Shown here piece by piece: positions 49,866-59,809 of a stretch of DNA of 64,000 bases; position 1 is the first letter of the stretch; each line of letters starts with the position of its first letter. Location: positions 9,777 through 73,776 of the forward strand of contig VBLP01000125.1 of the NCBI GenBank assembly GCA_005887925.1, in the 5' to 3' direction. The notes beneath the pieces were generated by a model. It did no database searches. It saw only the letters and a list, made by a program, of their open reading frames with translations, and had not been told where the DNA came from. The DNA is from Deltaproteobacteria bacterium. GTDB taxonomy: Bacteria; Myxococcota_A; Polyangia; Haliangiales; Haliangiaceae. The translations under genes and the position numbers were made by a program.

Positions 49866-51128
49866 TCACTTCCTGCGCCGCGTCGCGCGCGTCGCGCGCT
49901 TCGGCTTCGTGGGCTTCTCTTCCCGCGGCGTCTCCAGGCTGGCTTCAGCGAGGCGCCGGTCCCGTTCGAGCTCGCGTCGCAGCTCCTCTTCGGTCGGCAG
50001 GTACGTCAGGTACTTCGCGGCGAAGAGCTGTTTGTACTCGTTCAGGACCGAGTAGCGCGCGATCGTGTGGTTCTCCTCGGCGCAGAGGATGAGGCCGATG
50101 GTCGGCCCGTCGCCCGGCGCGCGCTCGTGCGCGTCGAAGATCCGCACGTAGCTGTCCATCTGCCCGACGTCTTGGTGCGTGAGCCTGCGGAGCTTGAGAT
50201 CGATCAGCAGGTAGCACTTGAGCAGGATGTTGTAGAAGACGAGGTCGATGAAGAGGTGATCGTCGTCGAAGGAGATCCGCTTCTGGCGGGCGACGAACGC
50301 AAAGCCCTTGCCCAGCTCCAAGAGGAACTGGGACAGCTTGCTGATGATGGCAGTCTCGAGGTCGCTCTCTCGGTACTCGTGACGGCCAGACAGCCCCAGA
50401 AAATCGAGGATGAGAGGCGACTTGATGAGGTCGCTCGGCCGCTCGACGGTCTGCCCCTTCCGAGCAAGCTCCATCACGCCGGCCTTGTTCCGGCTCTTGA
50501 GCAGACGCAGGTGGAGCGCGGTGAAGATCTGGCGCTCGAGGTGGGGCGTTGACCAGTTCTCGCGCTCGGCCTCGATCTCGTAGAAAGCGCGCGCTGCCGG
50601 GTCGCTCACCTTGAGCAGCGCACGGTAGTGCGTCCACGACAGGCGGCTGGAGAACCCCTGGGCGAATTCTGCACGAGCCTCGTGCAGAATCTTGGTTGCG
50701 TCGATCGGCTTCGCATTCTGCACGAGGCTCGCGCGGAATACCTCGGCCCGGATCGAGGGCGCTCGCTCTCGATAGGTCAGGTGGAAGTCACGGAAGTACC
50801 AGAGGTTTCTCGTCGAGTAGCCGCGCCCGACGCGTGCGAGGAGCTGCGCCGACAGGTCCTCGATCACCTGCTCGCCGTACTCCGCGCGCGACTCGCCGCG
50901 CTGCACGTACTCGACGATCTCGTGGCCGATGTGCCAGTACGACAGCACCATCGCGCTGTTGACAGTGCGGACGACGCGGGAGCGCGCGTCCTCGATGATC
51001 GCCACCACGCGCTCGACGAGCGCGGCGAAGTCGCCGGTCGGCGCGAGCGCGTTCCATTGTCTCCGCGCTGCGGAGGTTCTCTTGGGGCTCGGTTGCACGG
51101 CCTTCTTCCTCGCTCGCTTCGCCGTCAT
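49866..51128 (-). CDS. DUF1016/YhcG-family PD-(D/E)xK nuclease
   Basis: 420 aa and intact. ESDLETAIISKLSQFLLELGKGFAFVARQKRISFDDDHLFIDLVFYNILLKCYLLIDLKLRRLTHQDVGQMDSYV matches the YhcG nuclease core. The C-terminus is Lys/Arg-rich. Confidence 0.85.
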   Translation of the reverse strand: MTAKRARKKAVQPSPKRTSAARRQWNALAPTGDFAALVERVVAIIEDARSRVVRTVNSAMVLSYWHIGHEIVEYVQRGESRAEYGEQVIEDLSAQLLARVGRGYSTRNLWYFRDFHLTYRERAPSIRAEVFRASLVQNAKPIDATKILHEARAEFAQGFSSRLSWTHYRALLKVSDPAARAFYEIEAERENWSTPHLERQIFTALHLRLLKSRNKAGVMELARKGQTVERPSDLIKSPLILDFLGLSGRHEYRESDLETAIISKLSQFLLELGKGFAFVARQKRISFDDDHLFIDLVFYNILLKCYLLIDLKLRRLTHQDVGQMDSYVRIFDAHERAPGDGPTIGLILCAEENHTIARYSVLNEYKQLFAAKYLTYLPTEEELRRELERDRRLAEASLETPREEKPTKPKRATRATRRRK

Positions 51129-51566
51129 AGGTCACGCCCCAGCAGTCGAGCCTCGTCGGGCGCCCCCTTGAGCTGGAGGCGCTCGCGGTCGTCGTCTACC
51201 AGGTCGTCGGGCGGTCGAGACGTCCTCACAACCGGTGAGCCTACCGTGTCCCGTGAGAGAGCATCCGGGCGTGCGTGAGATCGACGCTTGTGCGGGATCG
51301 CCAGCTGGTGGCGACGAGATTCCGGTCGATGATGCCCTTGCAGGTCGACTTCGCGGACGCCGCACGAGCTCGGGCTCCGGACCGGCGGCTCGCTCCGCGG
51401 ACCAGGGCGCGGGGACGAGACCCCGGCGAGTTCCGGGAGGCAACCGTTGCCCAAAAAGCCGAGAAGGGCAGGGACCAACCGGGATGACCCGGGATCAGGA
51501 CGCCGGGTAACCACTTGAGATCGTGCGAAGTCGCTGTTTTGCTTCGCCAAGTGGCAGCCCGGCTGC

Positions 51567-51593
51567 GAGGTTCGAATCCTCTCGCCCCGACCA
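51567..51593 (+). repeat. attR: 27-bp direct repeat (duplicate of the tRNA-Pro 3' end)
   Basis: GAGGTTCGAATCCTCTCGCCCCGACCA. There is no matching 5' acceptor arm (CGGGGCG) within 100 nt upstream, so this is not a second tRNA. Confidence 0.9.
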
Positions 51594-52946
<1,353 letters not shown>

Positions 52947-53018
52947 GGCAACCGGCTCCGCGACGATGCTCCTGGGGCCGGCGGTGCGGCCGGGCGGCCC
53001 GAGCGGTACCATGCATCC

Positions 53019-53771
53019 GTGCCCCAGATCCGCGAGCTCGCGATCGAGCGCCTCGACGGCGACACCCGGCGCGCCGACCGCGATCGCGTCGTCGTCGAGG
53101 CGCCGCTCGAGCTGCGCGCGCGCGGCACGCCGGTCGCGACGATCATGCGGACCCCGGGCCACGACCTCGAGCTGGTGCGCGGCCTCCTGCACGCCGAGTC
53201 GCTCGGGCCGGCGGCGCTCGCCCAGGTCGGCGACGACACCGTCGAGGTCGACATCGCGTCCGGTGCGTTCGCCGGCCGCGGCGTGCTGGCCTCGGCCGCC
53301 TGCGGCGTGTGCGGGCGGGTCGCGATCGCCGACCTCGAGCTGCGCGCCCGCGAGGTCACCGCCGACACCGCGATCGCCCACGGCGTGCTCGCCGGACTGC
53401 CCGAGGCGCTGCGCGCCGCGCAGTCCGTGTTCGCCGACACCGGCGGCCTCCACGCCGCCGGGCTCGCCACCACCGCCGGCGCGCTGGTCGCCGCGCGCGA
53501 GGACGTCGGCCGCCACAACGCCGTCGACAAGCTGGCCGGCTGGGCGCTCGGGGCCGGCCTCGATCCGGCCGTGCACGTCCTCGTCCTCTCCGGCCGGCTG
53601 GGCTACGAGCTGGTCCAGAAGGCGATCATGCTCGGCGTACCGATCGTCGCCGCCGTCTCGGCCCCGAGCTCGCTCGCCGTCGAGCTGGCCGAGCGCTTCA
53701 ACGTCGCCTTGGTCGGCTTCGTCCGTGGCCGCCGCGCCAACGTCTACGCCCACGGCTGGCGGGTCTGGTAA
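53019..53771 (+). CDS. fdhD: Formate dehydrogenase accessory sulfurtransferase FdhD
   Basis: The 3' part of ORF 51624..53771, from GTG 53019. Motifs are [23 protein letters not shown] and [15 protein letters not shown]. Confidence 0.85.
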   Translation: MPQIRELAIERLDGDTRRADRDRVVVEAPLELRARGTPVATIMRTPGHDLELVRGLLHAESLGPAALAQVGDDTVEVDIASGAFAGRGVLASAACGVCGRVAIADLELRAREVTADTAIAHGVLAGLPEALRAAQSVFADTGGLHAAGLATTAGALVAAREDVGRHNAVDKLAGWALGAGLDPAVHVLVLSGRLGYELVQKAIMLGVPIVAAVSAPSSLAVELAERFNVALVGFVRGRRANVYAHGWRVW

Positions 53772-53782
53772 AGTCATCGTCG

Positions 53783-54001
53783 ATGCGCCACTTCAAGAGC
53801 GTGATCGAGCGCCATGACGACGGGTATGTCGCGTACCCGGTCGGCTTGCGCGGTATCGTCATAGGCCAGGGCGATACGCTCGACGAAGCCCTGGCGGATG
53901 TACGGTCAGCGATCCAGTTTCACCTGGAAACGTTCGATGCGACATTGGCCGAGGATGAGCCTCTCGATATCGTCCTGGCCGACCTGGCTATCCCAGCGTG
54001 A
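53783..54001 (+). CDS. hicB: HicB-family antitoxin
   Basis: ATG 53783. [49 protein letters not shown] is the HicB/UPF0150 fold pattern. The stop overlaps the next start (GTGA). Confidence 0.7.
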   Translation: MRHFKSVIERHDDGYVAYPVGLRGIVIGQGDTLDEALADVRSAIQFHLETFDATLAEDEPLDIVLADLAIPA

Positions 54002-54193
54002 AATTCCCCGTTGATGCGCCGCGGCACCGCGTCCTGGCGACGCTTGCGAAGCTGGGGTTCATCGTGGTTCGCGAGGGCAACGCCGATGACCATTCCGAAT
54101 CACGCAACCCTCAAGGGTTCAACGCTGCGAACGATCTGTCGCCAGGCGGGAATCGCGCGCGACGCGTTCTTGAACGCATGGGAAGAGAGCTGA
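53998..54193 (+). pseudogene. hicA: HicA-family toxin, internally deleted and frameshifted
   Basis: The N-terminus [28 protein letters not shown] is in the frame of ORF 53998..54213. The C-terminus PMTIPNHATLKGSTLRTICRQAGIARDAFLNAWEES* is in the frame of ORF 54011..54193. The roughly 10-15 residues that normally carry the G-S-H catalytic region between them are absent. Confidence 0.6.
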
Positions 54194-54221
54194 GAGGCTG
54201 GCGCGTGCAGTAGCACCTCGC

Positions 54222-57200
54222 GTGGTGTCGAACATGATCGAGCGACTACCAGGCGACGAGCCGGAGATAGGCGACGCGCTGATCATCGCGGGCTACGAGG
54301 TTGGCCAGCCCACTGCCGGCACGCGGCTGCCTCCGATCGCCCAGCTCGGGCAAGTTCTCCTCGGAGCGAGGCGTCCGTGGCGGATCCGGCGCCTCGCAGC
54401 GCCGGGCTCGGACCGCGACGTCCCCACGCGGCAAAACGTCCGGCGCGAGATCGATGCGCTGTTCGCGCGTCGCGCCGCCGCTCGGCTGCTCGTGCTCACC
54501 GGCGAGGTGATTCGCACCCTCGAGGGCCTGGGTCTGGTCTGTGCCCCCGAGCTGGGCGGGTTTCGCGAGGACGCCACGGTCCCCCTGGAGTGGATCGGCG
54601 AACGGCTGCGCCCGCTCGGTGGCGCCACGGTGGTGATCCTCGCCGCGACCGCAGAGCAGCGCGATCCCGTGCGCTGGCTGCAGGCACTCGCCGCCCGGCC
54701 GGCGGACCATCTCGTCGTGGCGCATGCCGGCCCGCCGCTCGAGGCGCTCGAGGCGCTGCTCGACGGCCTGGCGCCGGGCGAGCGCGATCCCGAGACCGGC
54801 GAGATCACACCACGCTCGCTGGGAGCTCATCTCGCGCATCGCCTGCGCTCGGCCGCGATCCAGCGCTCGCGATCCGCGGTACCGCTGCTCGCGCTGGCGG
54901 CCAGCCCGGCGCACGCGGGCACCGGGGAACGGCCGGCGCGAGCCGCCGAGCCCGAGGACCTCGTCGGAGCGATCCTGCCCGGCCGGTTCCGGATCGACGC
55001 CGAGATCGCGCGCGGCCGGTTCGCGACGGTGTACCGCGCGCATCAGGAGCTCGTCGGCCGCGACGTGGCGATCAAGGTCCTGGAGTCCGATCCGTCCGCG
55101 GAGGCCGTGCGCCGGTTCCTCGACGAGATCCGCACGGTCGCGCGCCTCGACCACCGCAACATCGTGCGCGTGCTGCACGCGGATCTGACCCGCGGCGGCC
55201 GGATGTTCCTCGCCATGGAGCTCGTGGCCGGCAAGACCCTCCAGCAGGTGCTCGATGACACGGGGCCGCTCCCGGCGGCCCGCGCCGTCGCGATCGCGCG
55301 GCAGATGCTCGCCGGGCTGGCAGCCGCACACGCCGGCGGTGTCATCCACGCCGATATCAAGCCGGCCAACACCGTGGTGCTCGACGGCGACGGCGATGGC
55401 GACGAGCGCGTGGTGCTGCTCGACTTCGGCCTGTCACGCCTTCAGACCGGCGCCGCTGTCGCCTCCGCCGGAGGAACCCCCGCGTACATGGCACCCGAGC
55501 AGCTCCGTGACGGCATCGTCGATGTCCGCTCCGACCTCTACGCGACCGGGCTGGTGCTGGTCACCATGCTCGCGGGGCAGCGCCCCGCGTCGGAGGCCGC
55601 GCTGGCGCGCTCGATCGAATCGCTCGACGACCATCGACTGAGCGCGGCACTGGGTCGCGCGCTCGCGGAGAACCCCAGCGACCGCTTCGCCTCGGCCGCC
55701 GAGATGTCCGCCGCGCTGGCGTTCGACGGCGAGTCGCTGGATCCGCCACCGCGACCGCCGTTCCGCTCAGCGGCGCCGTTCTCGGAAGCCGATCGCGACG
55801 AGTTCTTCGGCCGCGACCGCGAGATCGAGGTCCTGCTCGAACACGTCCTGTTCAGCCGCGCCGTCATCTACGTCGCGCCCTCGGGAACCGGCAAGACCTC
55901 CTTGCTCCGCGCGGGGCTGTCTCCGCGCCTGACCCGGCTCGGGGTTCGCCCGGTCTACGTCGCGTGCCGTCCCGGCGTCCCCGACGGAGTCGCTGCGGCG
56001 ATCTCCCCAGACCACACGCGCATCCTCGACGCCATCGCGCACCATCATGCATCGTCGCAGCGGCGCCTCGTCATCATCATCGATCAGATCGAGGCCGCTC
56101 TCCTCGCGCCGGCCGACGCCGACACGGTCGTCGAGAACCTTTCGCTGCCGCGCTGGCCCGCCGATGCGCAGGTCTCCGTCGTCCTCAGCGTCCGCGAGGA
56201 ATACCTCGCGCGCCTGCTCGACCGGACGCAGCGGATCGACCCGGGTATCCCGATCGTGCGGCTCGGGCCGCTCGGCCCCGACGCCGCGCGTGACGCGCTG
56301 ACCCGCACGCTCGCCACCCGCCGGCTGACGATCGAGCCGGCCCTGCTCACCGCCCTGATCGACGACCTCGCGCGCGCGGCCTCCCGGCTCGCGATCGATC
56401 TCGGCTGGGGCGCGGGGCCCGCGATCTACGCACCGCACCTGCAGCTCGCCGGTGCGGTGCTCTACGAGGCGCTGCCCGCCGGCGCCCTCGAGATCCCGCA
56501 CGCGCTGTACGCGCAGCTCGGTGGGCTCGACAAGATCGTCGCCGAGCACCTCCACCATGTGCTCGAGGGTGAGCTGCCGCCCGGTGACACCGCGATCGCG
56601 CGCGATCTCCTGCTCGCGCTGGTCGCCAGCAGCCACCTGCGCACCGCGCGCCGCGAGTCCGAGCTGGTCGCGATCGCGCGCCGGCCGGCCCGCGCGCAGC
56701 CCGCCGATCCCGGCTCCGAGCGGCCCGAAACCGCGATCGTCGCCGTCATCCACTTCCTCCGCAGCCGTGGCTTGCTCGTGTCCACCGCGGGACCGGCCGG
56801 CGAGACCCTCTGGGACCTCGCGCACGACAGCCTGATCGAGCGCGTCCAGCAGTGGATCACGAGGACCGACCTCGCCCGGCTGCGTGCCGTCGAGCTGGTT
56901 CGTTACCACCTGCGCCGCACGCGCGCCGGCCAGCTCAGCCGCCTCGGTGCCGGCGAGCTGCGCGAGACCCGCAGCCACCTGGCCGCCGCCGACCTGTCCG
57001 ACCTCGACGACGAATGGGCGCGTCCGGGCGACCCCGCGCCGGCGACCGCCCTGGTATCCGCCTCGCGCCGCGCCCTGCGCACCCGGCGCGCCACCCTGGG
57101 AGCCTCCGCCGCCATCGCCATCGCCGTCGCCGCCGGCCTCGCCCTGCGGTGGCAGGAGGAGCGCGCGCTGCGCCGGCGCGAGACCACGCTGCGCGATCGC

Positions 57201-58337
57201 GACATCGGCCACTTCACCCTCGCGCTGCGCGCCTTCGACTGGAATCCCGACGCCCTCGCGCCGCGCGACGTCGCCCCCGCGAGCACCTTCAGCTTCGACT
57301 GGGAGCTCCACAAGCCCGATCCCGACGATCCAGACAGCCCCGGCGCGGTGTACTCCGATGACTATCTCACGCGTCGTCCCGTCACCGCCGCCCTCGGCAC
57401 GCGCACCGACGACGTGGCCGCACGCGGCGGACCCGCCGTCCTGGTCATTCACCGCCGCGACCCCGCACAGCCCGCCGCCTTCTGCCGCGACGTGCTCCTG
57501 CCGATCCGCCGGCTCCCCGGCTACGCCACCGAGCCGACCACCCTGCAATTCACCGTGCGCGTCCCGACCTGCGCCGCCACGCGCGCCGGCACCGTCGCCA
57601 TTCCCGGCGGCCCGTTCATCGCCGGCGGCCAGGGCGACCCTCCGGCACCCTACGCGGCCAGCGAGCTGCCCCCGGAAGCCACCGTCGATCTACCGGCCTA
57701 CGCGATCGACCGCACCGAGGTGCCGATCGCCGCGCTCGATCTGTTTCTCACCATGCGACCGCTGCACGGCATCGTTGCCCCGCCGCACCCGAGCAACACG
57801 GCGCGGTACCCCAACCAGGCACGGTTCCCCGCCGCCGCCATCACCTGGCGCGAGGCGCGCGCGTTCTGCCGCTACCTCGGCAAGGACCTGCCCACGCTCG
57901 ATCAGTGGGACAAGGCTCTCCGCGGCGGCACCACCCTCGACGGCCAGCCCAACCCATGCCCCCGCCGCACCTTCGCCTGGTGCGGCGCCATGAACACCCA
58001 GTGGGCCAACGTCCGCATCGGCGACCAAGCCCAGCCGCTGCCGGTCGGCAGCAACCCGCACGACACCAGCCCCTACGGCGTCCTCGACATGGTCGGCAAC
58101 GTCCAGGAGTGGACGCGCTCTCCCGACCTCCCCTACGAGACCTTCCCGGCCACCCTGTCCGCCGCCGAGCGCTACCGCCGGCAGACCGGCAACCAGCCGA
58201 TAGTCATCTCCCGCGGCTGCGACTGGGGGGACATCGAGTGCGCCACCCTCCCGCTGACCATCATGCCGATCGCCAACCCACGCCTGCGCGACGTCCGCTA
58301 CTTCACCCTCGGCTTCCGCTGCGCGGTCAGCGATTGA
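54222..58337 (+). CDS. Multidomain signalling protein: caspase-like (catalytic residues absent) + Ser/Thr kinase + STAND P-loop NTPase + TM + FGE-sulfatase (SUMF1) domain
   Basis: 1371 aa. Kinase motifs are VAIKVL, HADIKPAN, DFGLS and GTPAYMAPEQ. The STAND entry motif is FSEADRDEFFGRDREIEVLL...VAPSGTGKTSLLRAGL. The TM segment is LGASAAIAIAVAAGLAL. The FGE domain shows YAIDRTEV, ITWREARAFCRYLGKDLPTLDQWDKALRG, GVLDMVGNVQEWT and LGFRCAVSD. Confidence 0.85.
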   Translation: MVSNMIERLPGDEPEIGDALIIAGYEVGQPTAGTRLPPIAQLGQVLLGARRPWRIRRLAAPGSDRDVPTRQNVRREIDALFARRAAARLLVLTGEVIRTLEGLGLVCAPELGGFREDATVPLEWIGERLRPLGGATVVILAATAEQRDPVRWLQALAARPADHLVVAHAGPPLEALEALLDGLAPGERDPETGEITPRSLGAHLAHRLRSAAIQRSRSAVPLLALAASPAHAGTGERPARAAEPEDLVGAILPGRFRIDAEIARGRFATVYRAHQELVGRDVAIKVLESDPSAEAVRRFLDEIRTVARLDHRNIVRVLHADLTRGGRMFLAMELVAGKTLQQVLDDTGPLPAARAVAIARQMLAGLAAAHAGGVIHADIKPANTVVLDGDGDGDERVVLLDFGLSRLQTGAAVASAGGTPAYMAPEQLRDGIVDVRSDLYATGLVLVTMLAGQRPASEAALARSIESLDDHRLSAALGRALAENPSDRFASAAEMSAALAFDGESLDPPPRPPFRSAAPFSEADRDEFFGRDREIEVLLEHVLFSRAVIYVAPSGTGKTSLLRAGLSPRLTRLGVRPVYVACRPGVPDGVAAAISPDHTRILDAIAHHHASSQRRLVIIIDQIEAALLAPADADTVVENLSLPRWPADAQVSVVLSVREEYLARLLDRTQRIDPGIPIVRLGPLGPDAARDALTRTLATRRLTIEPALLTALIDDLARAASRLAIDLGWGAGPAIYAPHLQLAGAVLYEALPAGALEIPHALYAQLGGLDKIVAEHLHHVLEGELPPGDTAIARDLLLALVASSHLRTARRESELVAIARRPARAQPADPGSERPETAIVAVIHFLRSRGLLVSTAGPAGETLWDLAHDSLIERVQQWITRTDLARLRAVELVRYHLRRTRAGQLSRLGAGELRETRSHLAAADLSDLDDEWARPGDPAPATALVSASRRALRTRRATLGASAAIAIAVAAGLALRWQEERALRRRETTLRDRDIGHFTLALRAFDWNPDALAPRDVAPASTFSFDWELHKPDPDDPDSPGAVYSDDYLTRRPVTAALGTRTDDVAARGGPAVLVIHRRDPAQPAAFCRDVLLPIRRLPGYATEPTTLQFTVRVPTCAATRAGTVAIPGGPFIAGGQGDPPAPYAASELPPEATVDLPAYAIDRTEVPIAALDLFLTMRPLHGIVAPPHPSNTARYPNQARFPAAAITWREARAFCRYLGKDLPTLDQWDKALRGGTTLDGQPNPCPRRTFAWCGAMNTQWANVRIGDQAQPLPVGSNPHDTSPYGVLDMVGNVQEWTRSPDLPYETFPATLSAAERYRRQTGNQPIVISRGCDWGDIECATLPLTIMPIANPRLRDVRYFTLGFRCAVSD

Positions 58338-58363
58338 CTGAACGACGAATTGAGAATCATATA

Positions 58364-59086
58364 TTATGGCAGGACGAAGAGACATTCGAGTTCTTTGATG
58401 GGAGCATGGGAACTATCGGACGACGAATAGTGTCGAGTCTGGTTCTCGGCCCGCTTCTGGCTGATCCGCACGAGCTTGCCACCAAAAAAGAGCTCGCCGC
58501 GAGCTTCGACATCGACATTCGACAATAGCTCAATCGACTGGGATGGGACGGCAAGCAGCCCTGGTAGAGAGAACCAAGTATCAAGTCTAAGCACCTGCTC
58601 TAACGTTGTCACTTCTGTGCCGCGAACATTTGATAGAAGATTCGACAACTCTTTGCGCAAAGGCTCGCTGACCGAGCGCCGAATGGCGCCGGCTGACTTC
58701 ATCACTGAATCATTCAGCTCGTAACGGTGTGTTTTGTTTTGCAATTTTGCGAATAGATTGTGTCGTCTGTTAGAAAGAAGACCGTTGCTATTGAAGTCAT
58801 ATAACCCTACAGGACGCTGAGTTCCGTATGCTTGTATTCCGAATTCTCTCATGCGCTCTAATGCTTCCTGGGCGGCAACGCCGACGCATGTGTAGCATCC
58901 AACGAGATACAAGGGATTCTTGCTTAGACGTTCCAGAAGCGAGCGCGGCAACCGGCGGATGTTCTCGGCTGTGAGCCGGCTGATTTGGCGATCGCATCTT
59001 CTATGTCGGCCGGGCCTCCGGCTTCGGCACAACCACTTATTTGAGTTCTGACAGCCCTGAGCCAGAAATCTGATTCTGCGCCGCAA
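58364..59086 (-). CDS. Hypothetical protein in AT-rich cassette (may be the C-terminal half of one frameshifted gene)
   Basis: A 240-codon ORF in DNA where stops are frequent. The composition is ordinary from about ISRLTAENIRRLPRSLLERLSKNPLYLVGCYTCVGVAAQEALERM onwards. It overlaps the upstream ORF by 163 nt. An alternative independent start is ATG 58852. Confidence 0.55.
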   Translation of the reverse strand: MRRRIRFLAQGCQNSNKWLCRSRRPGRHRRCDRQISRLTAENIRRLPRSLLERLSKNPLYLVGCYTCVGVAAQEALERMREFGIQAYGTQRPVGLYDFNSNGLLSNRRHNLFAKLQNKTHRYELNDSVMKSAGAIRRSVSEPLRKELSNLLSNVRGTEVTTLEQVLRLDTWFSLPGLLAVPSQSIELLSNVDVEARGELFFGGKLVRISQKRAENQTRHYSSSDSSHAPIKELECLFVLP

Positions 59087-59796
59087 ATTGCCAGATGGTC
59101 TTGACGCTCGGCCAGAATAGAACCAGCATGGAAGCGATGCTCTGACGGTTCTGCCCGGGCTGCGCCAAAGGGAACCTTGGGGCCCGCAAGGAAATAGAGT
59201 GAGCGTCTGCCGATTTCTTTGAACGAGACAAAGATAGGGCCTTCTTGATCTTTGCTGAGTTTCGTGAGCGCTTGATCAAATAGCGCTGCGTCTGTCGCTT
59301 TGATCCAGGCATCCCCCAAGACTTCATTGGTCCACGAAAAAAACATCACACGCCAGAGCAAAGGGTCGTTTTCGTCGACTTCAATCACTCGTGCGTGAAA
59401 GCCCATGTAACCCTCAGTTATGCCTGCACTGCCCAGACGCATGAGGACCTGTGTCCGATAGGGTTGTTTTTGATAATACGGTGGAAGTGGTAATGAGTCT
59501 GAAATTTTAGGTACCTTGTGGATATCTTCATAGATCGGAGGTGCAAAATCGACCTCCTTGTCATCTGTTGCTCGGTCCAGTGTGTGATTCAAATCTACAT
59601 CGATTAATTCTCCTTTGATATCTTCGACAGATAATCTGTTATCTAGCCATTTGGATACATTGTCACTGGCCGATCGATCTGGAATCCATATCTTACATTT
59701 GCTCGTGGAGTTGACTGTCATCACGCATGCGTGAACGATCTGGAACGTGTATGTGGGATTGAGCGCCCCACCGGCGCTCGACGTTGACTCCGTCAT
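58924..59796 (-). CDS. Hypothetical protein in AT-rich cassette, translationally coupled to the upstream regulator gene
   Basis: A 290-codon ORF. ATG 59796 is preceded by AGGAGA with a 5-nt spacer and lies 13 nt after the regulator stop (TAA, 59810-59812). I recognise no known motif. Confidence 0.6.
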   Translation of the reverse strand: MTESTSSAGGALNPTYTFQIVHACVMTVNSTSKCKIWIPDRSASDNVSKWLDNRLSVEDIKGELIDVDLNHTLDRATDDKEVDFAPPIYEDIHKVPKISDSLPLPPYYQKQPYRTQVLMRLGSAGITEGYMGFHARVIEVDENDPLLWRVMFFSWTNEVLGDAWIKATDAALFDQALTKLSKDQEGPIFVSFKEIGRRSLYFLAGPKVPFGAARAEPSEHRFHAGSILAERQDHLAICGAESDFWLRAVRTQISGCAEAGGPADIEDAIAKSAGSQPRTSAGCRARFWNV

Positions 59797-59809
59797 GACT
59801 GTCTCCTGG

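Noticed and set aside
51500-51593. A second tRNA or tmRNA-like gene at the right island border. A T-arm/acceptor 3' half plus a GCAGC-CCG-GCTGC hairpin just upstream resembles a long variable arm.
   Set aside because: No complementary 5' acceptor strand (CGGGGCG) and no D- or anticodon-arm arrangement lies within about 100 nt upstream. Identity to tRNA-Pro starts abruptly at the 27-mer, as expected for an att duplication.
58364-58480. A HEPN-like R-x6-H string (RAENQTRH) near the C-terminus of the AT-rich cassette protein.
   Set aside because: A single short pattern without the surrounding helical context or the usual polar residue after Arg is too weak to support a HEPN RNase call.
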